A stretch of DNA of 64,000 nt from Patescibacteria group bacterium (lineage in GTDB: Bacteria > Patescibacteriota > WWE3 > UBA101185 > UBA10185), in the NCBI GenBank assembly GCA_049322215.1, contig JBMORU010000001.1, positions 900,023 through 964,022 on the forward strand, written 5' to 3'. This document shows positions 58,603 through 64,000 of the stretch, piece after piece (within the stretch, counting starts at the first letter, position 1; each line of letters starts with the position of its first letter). The notes under the pieces are model-generated. The model was given only the letters and a program-made list of their open reading frames with translations, was not told the origin of the DNA and searched no databases. The translations under genes and the position numbers were made by a program.

Positions 58603-59139
58603 TCAGTCTACTGGGGTGTAGAAATCATCGTTTGTTGTCACTTCATCAGGCTTGCGTTGCTGAATTTTAGCAGATACCCTAGGCAGTAACACATTCATAA
58701 CGCTAGAAAAACCCGCTAGCAAACGATTACCCGGAATATCGAATTTGATTTTTAACTCAGACTCAACCAAGTTAAACCATTCAAACTGGGACTTTACCTG
58801 TTTTACCGAGCTTGGTAAGTTCAACCCCTCACAGTACATGTAAGAATTTGTGTAATAGGACTGACCAAGGTAATCCCAAGTTACAATTATCCCCAAGGTT
58901 TTAGCTTGAGAGATATACCCAACAAGAATGTTCCGAGGCACCGCGTCCAAATTCACATCATTGGTATTACCAAAAACATGGTTTAGAGCACCTAATACTG
59001 CAGCGTTATTGGGCAACAAGATTGCATTTTCGGTTTCATGTTTCAATGTCCATCGCAAAAAATCTGCCTCTTGAATACCTGAATCAACATAACCAAGGTA
59101 GTGAATACCACCAAGGTTAAAAACGTATTGCTTTCGCAT
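58603..59139 (-). CDS. Hypothetical protein
   Basis: ORF of 178 aa. Confidence 0.3.
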   Translation of the reverse strand: MRKQYVFNLGGIHYLGYVDSGIQEADFLRWTLKHETENAILLPNNAAVLGALNHVFGNTNDVNLDAVPRNILVGYISQAKTLGIIVTWDYLGQSYYTNSYMYCEGLNLPSSVKQVKSQFEWFNLVESELKIKFDIPGNRLLAGFSSVMNVLLPRVSAKIQQRKPDEVTTNDDFYTPVD

Positions 59140-59229
59140 CTTAACTCCTTTATTTTGTCGATTTGTAAGGCCTATAGTATACTATGGCTGTTCCTTGATT
59201 ACAACCACAAACTAAATCATAATTAATAA

Positions 59230-60147
59230 ATGAAAACACATGTCTACTACACAAAAACCACAGTTCTTATGATACTTTTAACAATTGAAGCAGGCACTTT
59301 AACGAGAGTAATATTAAATTTTGTACGTACAGGTGAGTTTTTTAAACCCGAACTAAACTTTGCTCTAAAAGTTATATTAATAATGATAGCGGGTCTTTAT
59401 ACATACACTCTTACAATAGGTGCCTGGAAAAAGTGGGAACAGTATTTAATAGTCCCACTACCGTTTGCAATTGGCATAATAGTAGCTTTATTTGGCCCAA
59501 GCCCTTTATATGCAACAATTATAGGGTTAGTATCAGCACTACTCATTGCAAACGAAATACACATTGCCACACAACTAAAAAACAATTTAATAAAATTTAA
59601 ACCTTACTTAGTTTTAAGACAATCTGCAAAAAGAATTACGGTAGTGTTTTCACTTATAGGCGCTGTTTTAGTGTTGGCCACTCCGTTTCATAAGGAAAAT
59701 TCTACAAAGCTGGTAGATAGAGTACAGCAACTTTTAGTTACAGAGACAAGTGAGTTTGTAGATAAAAACCTAAGTAACCCTGCAGACGTAGCAGTTATAT
59801 TAAATACTGTAGGAATAGAAACAGATCAAACAACATTAAATTTGATTTTAGGAAACGAAGGAAGTCTTGATTTTGGAGCAACTGTAGAAAAGACGCTAAC
59901 AGCTGAATTAGACAAGCTACTAGAGCCCTATCAACAGTTTGTAGCACCACTCATGGCAGTTATTGCATATGGGGTGTTTCAGCTATTAGGATTTGCAAGT
60001 TTAGTAATTTATTACTCAACCCTAGGTATCTTGTTTTGGATGGCTAAAAAAACCGGTTTTATAAAAATTGCAAACTTGCCTGTAGTTAGTGAAGTTCCTA
60101 CCTTTGAGGAACCTGTTGCTTATAATGAAACTGAAGAGTTAAGGTAA
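59230..60147 (+). CDS. Polytopic membrane hypothetical protein
   Basis: ORF of 305 aa with multiple TM helices. Confidence 0.35.
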   Translation: MKTHVYYTKTTVLMILLTIEAGTLTRVILNFVRTGEFFKPELNFALKVILIMIAGLYTYTLTIGAWKKWEQYLIVPLPFAIGIIVALFGPSPLYATIIGLVSALLIANEIHIATQLKNNLIKFKPYLVLRQSAKRITVVFSLIGAVLVLATPFHKENSTKLVDRVQQLLVTETSEFVDKNLSNPADVAVILNTVGIETDQTTLNLILGNEGSLDFGATVEKTLTAELDKLLEPYQQFVAPLMAVIAYGVFQLLGFASLVIYYSTLGILFWMAKKTGFIKIANLPVVSEVPTFEEPVAYNETEELR

Positions 60148-60804
60148 AATAAGTTCTTCAATTTTTTTTGAATCATTCACAGTATAAAAACCAACACGTG
60201 TTCGTATTAAAGAATACAACGTGGCTTCATGCCCTAATCTTTTTCCCATATCATAAGCTAAAGACCTTATATAAGTTCCAGAACCACAAGTAACCTTTAT
60301 TTTAGCTATTGGAAATGATTTATAACAATTTGCTTCAACAGAAATTAAATCAATAGACTTTATAAACACTTTCTTTACTGGAAGATCATCTTTATCAAGC
60401 GTTCCTTTTCGTGCTTGTTTATAAAGTTTTTTACCCTTAACTTTAACTGCAGAAAAAGCAGGAACCTTTTGATAAATTTCTCCTACAAACTCGGGAATAA
60501 TAACTGCAAGTTTAGTTTGTAGCTTAGTAGCATCTATATTTGTATTTAATTCCTCTAAAGGACCTTCCATATCATAAGTAGGGGATTTGATCCCGAACAC
60601 GATTTCAGCGATATATTCTTTTTCCTGGTGCATGAGCTCATTTTGACGTTTTGTATCTTTATCAGTTAAAACAAGAAGAACTCCCTCAGCCAAAGGATCT
60701 AAAGTTCCGGCATGCCCAACCTTTTTAGTTTTTAATATTGAACGAATTTTTGCAACTACGTCAAAACTAGTCCAATGCTTTTCTTTATAAATGTTTAGAA
60801 TCAT
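60139..60804 (-). CDS. truB: tRNA pseudouridine(55) synthase
   Basis: The catalytic motif GHAGTLDPLAEGVL is present. The TruB N-terminal region is present. Confidence 0.85.
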   Translation of the reverse strand: MILNIYKEKHWTSFDVVAKIRSILKTKKVGHAGTLDPLAEGVLLVLTDKDTKRQNELMHQEKEYIAEIVFGIKSPTYDMEGPLEELNTNIDATKLQTKLAVIIPEFVGEIYQKVPAFSAVKVKGKKLYKQARKGTLDKDDLPVKKVFIKSIDLISVEANCYKSFPIAKIKVTCGSGTYIRSLAYDMGKRLGHEATLYSLIRTRVGFYTVNDSKKIEELILP

Positions 60805-60836
60805 ATATTAATTGTAAAAAACTCTGCAAAAAACAA

Positions 60837-60902
60837 AAGAGCCCCTGAATAATCAGTGGCTCTTTAGTACACATTAGATCGGATTGCTCTTCTCTAATGT
60901 GT
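60837..60902. terminator. Two stacked hairpins downstream of the 61108..62385 gene
   Basis: The first is AAAGAGCC-c-CTGA-ataa-TCAG-t-GGCTCTTT, a nested palindrome. The second is ACACATTAG-(16 nt)-CTAATGTGT. Confidence 0.4.
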
Positions 60903-61107
60903 AGAGAGAATATAAAGCAAACTAACATATATGTCAACTATTCTGCATACATCTTTCACACGTCTTTTTAAGCCTTTAAATTTGAATTTTTGCACGAAAT
61001 GTGCGGAGGTAGAAAATAAAAACAAGTGGTAAATAGGAACAATCTCGCAAAACAAGTTTATTTTTGTTTGCTTTGCGAGACTGCATTTTATTTGTTAAAA
61101 GTAGTCG

Positions 61108-62385
61108 CTAATTTTGAGAGTAATCCCAAAGAATAACACTACCGTTAGTGCGATACTGAAGAACAGCTCCCTCTAAAGACCCAATGCCGCCAAAGTCAAT
61201 TGCCCTTACGTGGGGGGGATCTCCAGCATAGTACGATTGTTGCCATGTTGGACACGATCTCGGTTCTAGCCACTGACCATCGGTTAAGATCAGTTTCAGT
61301 TCTGAACAGTCAAAAAACCAACCGGAATCACGTTCTGATACGTCAACTGTAATAGAAAAGTTTAACGTGAATCCGCCACCATCTTCCAAAATGCTATTTG
61401 TAAGCACCACCGATAAGGGAAGATCGGTTGCTAGTGTACTGCGGTCATTTAACTTTTCAGTTTCCAAAGGCAGTTCAAATGATAGGGGAGTACCAGAATC
61501 CCAATAATCCGTATGCGCATTCACAGTAAAATAAACATTGGGACGCTCCCGAGTTAGTTGGGCTGATAAAGATTCTGACGCCTCATATTTAAACCAAAAA
61601 ACACCCGAATATGACATATTTGGGTTTAACTCAACATAGTGGTCCAAATAGATGTCCAAAATGTCATCGGGAACATCATAGTCAGAAGCACGCTCCATGA
61701 TGTACCCGCCATCGAGCACTACATTTAAATCGAAGTACTCAATAACTCTACCAAAAACATTAATGTTAACAGGAATACCTACTAATAGTGTTTCTGAATA
61801 AGCTACCCAGGAAGGTGTCCCTGTTACGGTTAAATCTCCAAGAATAGCTGAAGTGTCTTCCAAAAGGGCTGTTTCACCAGGCTGATATGCTCCAATCAAA
61901 TTGGTAGCAGGCCAGTAAGTTGGTAAGACTTTTACTTGACCATTGTTCAACTCCAGCACGCGCAAAGAAATGTCGCGGGATCGCTTAGACAAATCATCAG
62001 TGTTGGTACCTTCGATTGTTACGCGAAGTATAGATATTCCAGCAACTTCCTCTTGCGCACGAAGTGGCACAGGCAGCTTATCTAACGAGCTTTCCTGTAC
62101 ATCTGCCGAGCAGGGTAGGTAATATTCTATAGTTTCACGAAAACGTTTAGTGGCCTCGTAAAACTCCGCGGCAGTACCTGCATCGGTTACACCGTAGGTT
62201 AGCAGTTGCATTTGGGTTTCGTCACCATCACAAAGAGCGGTTGTCCATTGCTCAGCCACTTCAGAAGCCTGAGTCATAGGTTTATCCGCCTGTACCCATA
62301 AGTAACCACCAAACCCAAGAACAAAAATCAGCACGACTGTGTTTAAAACAAGGCGGCTGTTCCAATTGATGTGTATCTTTTTCAT
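61108..62385 (-). CDS. Membrane-anchored secreted hypothetical protein (GC-elevated)
   Basis: 425 aa with an N-terminal TM. About 48-52% GC. Confidence 0.4.
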   Translation of the reverse strand: MKKIHINWNSRLVLNTVVLIFVLGFGGYLWVQADKPMTQASEVAEQWTTALCDGDETQMQLLTYGVTDAGTAAEFYEATKRFRETIEYYLPCSADVQESSLDKLPVPLRAQEEVAGISILRVTIEGTNTDDLSKRSRDISLRVLELNNGQVKVLPTYWPATNLIGAYQPGETALLEDTSAILGDLTVTGTPSWVAYSETLLVGIPVNINVFGRVIEYFDLNVVLDGGYIMERASDYDVPDDILDIYLDHYVELNPNMSYSGVFWFKYEASESLSAQLTRERPNVYFTVNAHTDYWDSGTPLSFELPLETEKLNDRSTLATDLPLSVVLTNSILEDGGGFTLNFSITVDVSERDSGWFFDCSELKLILTDGQWLEPRSCPTWQQSYYAGDPPHVRAIDFGGIGSLEGAVLQYRTNGSVILWDYSQN

Positions 62386-62419
62386 TTATTACTTCTCCTA
62401 ATTGATTTGTGATCGTTTG

Positions 62420-63565
62420 TTATGGAACGTAGCCAGACCAACTTGGGCCAGTGCTCACCCCTAACACAAACATTGTGATAACTGTTAGTGACGCGTTAAA
62501 AATTAACGCATGTTTATCGTATTTTTGTGGAATCAACTCTGCATAGGCAAAAGGCATCCAAGTTGCCAAAGCAAACCTCCCAATTGCGAAAACATGGGTA
62601 GAAAGTGGCAGCATTATAGATAGAAGGGTGAATAGGAAAAGTTCCCACCGTAACTCCTTTCTATAAACCATAAACGCTAATACAATCAACCCAACACCTA
62701 TTAGCAGCAAGTGATATGTTTCAAACACCTGCCCCCAATTGAATTCGCTTGGATTGTTATACCTTAACCAGTCAAACCACTCATGGGTGCGTGTCCATGG
62801 TAAGCCTTTGTCCCCACGTCTAAAGTAATCCTGTGCCGTAATAGGGCTCAAGCCTACTTCTGTGATTTTTGATACCCACCATGTCCACACAACATACACA
62901 AGAGTCGGAAACCCACATGCCTTAAGCCCTTTCTCTACAACTGCATTAATATTGCCTTGCTCCTGATGTAGAATCGATAAAGCGAAAACAGGCAACAATA
63001 CAATCGATTGGGGACGTGTTAAAACTGCAAGTCCCACAAAAAGACTGGCACCAAAATAATCTTTGTTAAAAAACCTCCGAAACGCATCAGACCAAAATCC
63101 GATGTGAAACGCTTCAGGAAAGCTCATTAAAAAGACAAATCCAGTGCCTAAAAAGCTAAAGGGCATATACCAAATTACCCGATCCGCATACTCCATGTCA
63201 CGCAAATAATCCAAAAGCATCCACAAGGCAAAAAAGCCGTAGAATACTCCAACGGTAGTAACCACAAACATTGCTGTAGTTACTTCCATTCCGGTTAATT
63301 GAATTAAAGCGCGTGTAATCATTGAGAAAAACGGGTACTTTGACGATAAAACACTTTGCGGTTGGTAACCCCATAGAATAACTAAACGCTCTAGTTCTGG
63401 ATCCCAATGAGCTAAGTTTGAAGCCCAATCGGTATCAAACAGTCCAGAGCCCTCCATTACTCCAGGGAGTGTTTGCATTGTGAAACCCCAAACCAAGGCA
63501 ATTGCCCTAAGCAAGAGGGTCATCAGCACAGCAAACTTCAGTGCGTGTTTAACCTTCTCATTCAT
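62420..63565 (-). CDS. Polytopic membrane protein (GC-elevated), possibly GT-C-like glycosyltransferase
   Basis: 381 aa with about 10 TM helices. The architecture loosely recalls the membrane glycosyltransferase at 7194..8720 and the DUF2029-like gene at 32282..33463. Confidence 0.3.
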   Translation of the reverse strand: MNEKVKHALKFAVLMTLLLRAIALVWGFTMQTLPGVMEGSGLFDTDWASNLAHWDPELERLVILWGYQPQSVLSSKYPFFSMITRALIQLTGMEVTTAMFVVTTVGVFYGFFALWMLLDYLRDMEYADRVIWYMPFSFLGTGFVFLMSFPEAFHIGFWSDAFRRFFNKDYFGASLFVGLAVLTRPQSIVLLPVFALSILHQEQGNINAVVEKGLKACGFPTLVYVVWTWWVSKITEVGLSPITAQDYFRRGDKGLPWTRTHEWFDWLRYNNPSEFNWGQVFETYHLLLIGVGLIVLAFMVYRKELRWELFLFTLLSIMLPLSTHVFAIGRFALATWMPFAYAELIPQKYDKHALIFNASLTVITMFVLGVSTGPSWSGYVP

Positions 63566-63819
63566 GTAAACTCCTTATTGTTATTTATTTTTCAAGGTTT
63601 AGTTCAGTACTATCAGGCCATTATTATCCCATAGTAATCAACAATTAACAAGCATTGACAGAAAAAAGCAAAAGCGGTACTTTGGCAGTATGAATTCTTG
63701 CATAATAAGAATCACTTCAATAACTACTACAACCCCTTTGTGGGGTAATTAAAGCTGTTTAACTTAACATTTCCAAACTGTAAAAAAAGATTGAATTAAA
63801 TTAGAATATAAAGGAATTT

Positions 63820-64000
63820 ATGTCTGCAAATCAAAAAGTAATAGAAAAATTAAAAGATGATCCACTAATGCCGTTACGCCACACGGCAGAGCATGTATTG
63901 CATACTGCAATGCAAATTATGTACCCAAATATAAAAAAGGTTATGGGTCCACCAATAGAAAATGGGTTTTACTTTGACTTTGACCCAAACGGCGAGATTA
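63820..64000 (+). CDS. 5' end of a ThrRS/AlaX-type gene (tRNA_SAD/editing-domain signature), truncated by the window edge
   Basis: An AAGGAA RBS precedes the ATG. HTAEHVLHTAM...GPPIENGFYFDFD matches the HxxxH...GFYYD motif of threonyl-tRNA synthetase and AlaX editing domains. Confidence 0.45.
   Translation, partial: MSANQKVIEKLKDDPLMPLRHTAEHVLHTAMQIMYPNIKKVMGPPIENGFYFDFDPNGEI

Noticed and set aside
1-64000. Prophage, integron, transposase or IS elements
   Set aside because: No integrase, transposase or recombinase-like ORF was recognised. No terminal inverted repeats with target-site duplications were seen.

Overview
This 64 kb window is a low-GC (about 33-35%) bacterial chromosome segment with patches of higher GC. 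The gene content looks like a reduced-genome lineage, possibly CPR/Patescibacteria-like; that is an inference only. Trigger factor lacks its PPIase domain, there are many small secreted or membrane hypotheticals, several large polytopic membrane glycosyltransferase-like proteins, and type IV pilin-like genes. Genes are densely packed on both strands and often overlap by 4-8 nt.

Five tRNA genes are read directly from the sequence: Arg-TCT, Leu-TAA, Pro-TGG, Leu-TAG and Val-GAC. There are no rRNA genes and no CRISPR array.

Confident housekeeping calls, from sequence motifs: glmS, clpP, a truncated tig, truB, rarA/mgsA, dut, a Mpg-type 3-methyladenine glycosylase, trhO/yceA, a DHH/DHHA1 NrnA-like phosphoesterase, NUDIX, a CaCA Na+/Ca2+ exchanger, a RecD-like helicase and an M23 peptidase.

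Two loci stand out.

(1) A nine-gene, same-strand, overlapping copper operon at about 10.2-17.1 kb. It runs from a CsoR-family repressor to a P1B-type CopA ATPase. In between are two DUF1573-like paralogs, a Cys-tailed protein, a CcdA/DsbD-like membrane protein, a CC/HH membrane protein, a secreted protein and a cupredoxin-like protein. A divergently transcribed HMA-membrane-cupredoxin fusion gene and a candidate CsoR operator lie next to it.

(2) A GC-elevated surface locus at about 24.9-31.3 kb. It contains two tandem, overlapping, paralogous type IV pilin-like genes. Their prepilin signals read G|FTLIE. Each carries a tandem array of 24-aa, six-cysteine modules with consensus CGDGxCxxxExCxxCxxDCGxC, two copies in one gene and five in the other, encoded by 72-bp DNA repeats. 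A GC-rich Cys-cluster membrane protein lies just upstream.

Smaller features include a duplicated covarying hairpin element in front of tRNA-Pro, stacked terminator hairpins, a small unannotated zinc-ribbon-like ORF and several GC-rich orphan gene patches.
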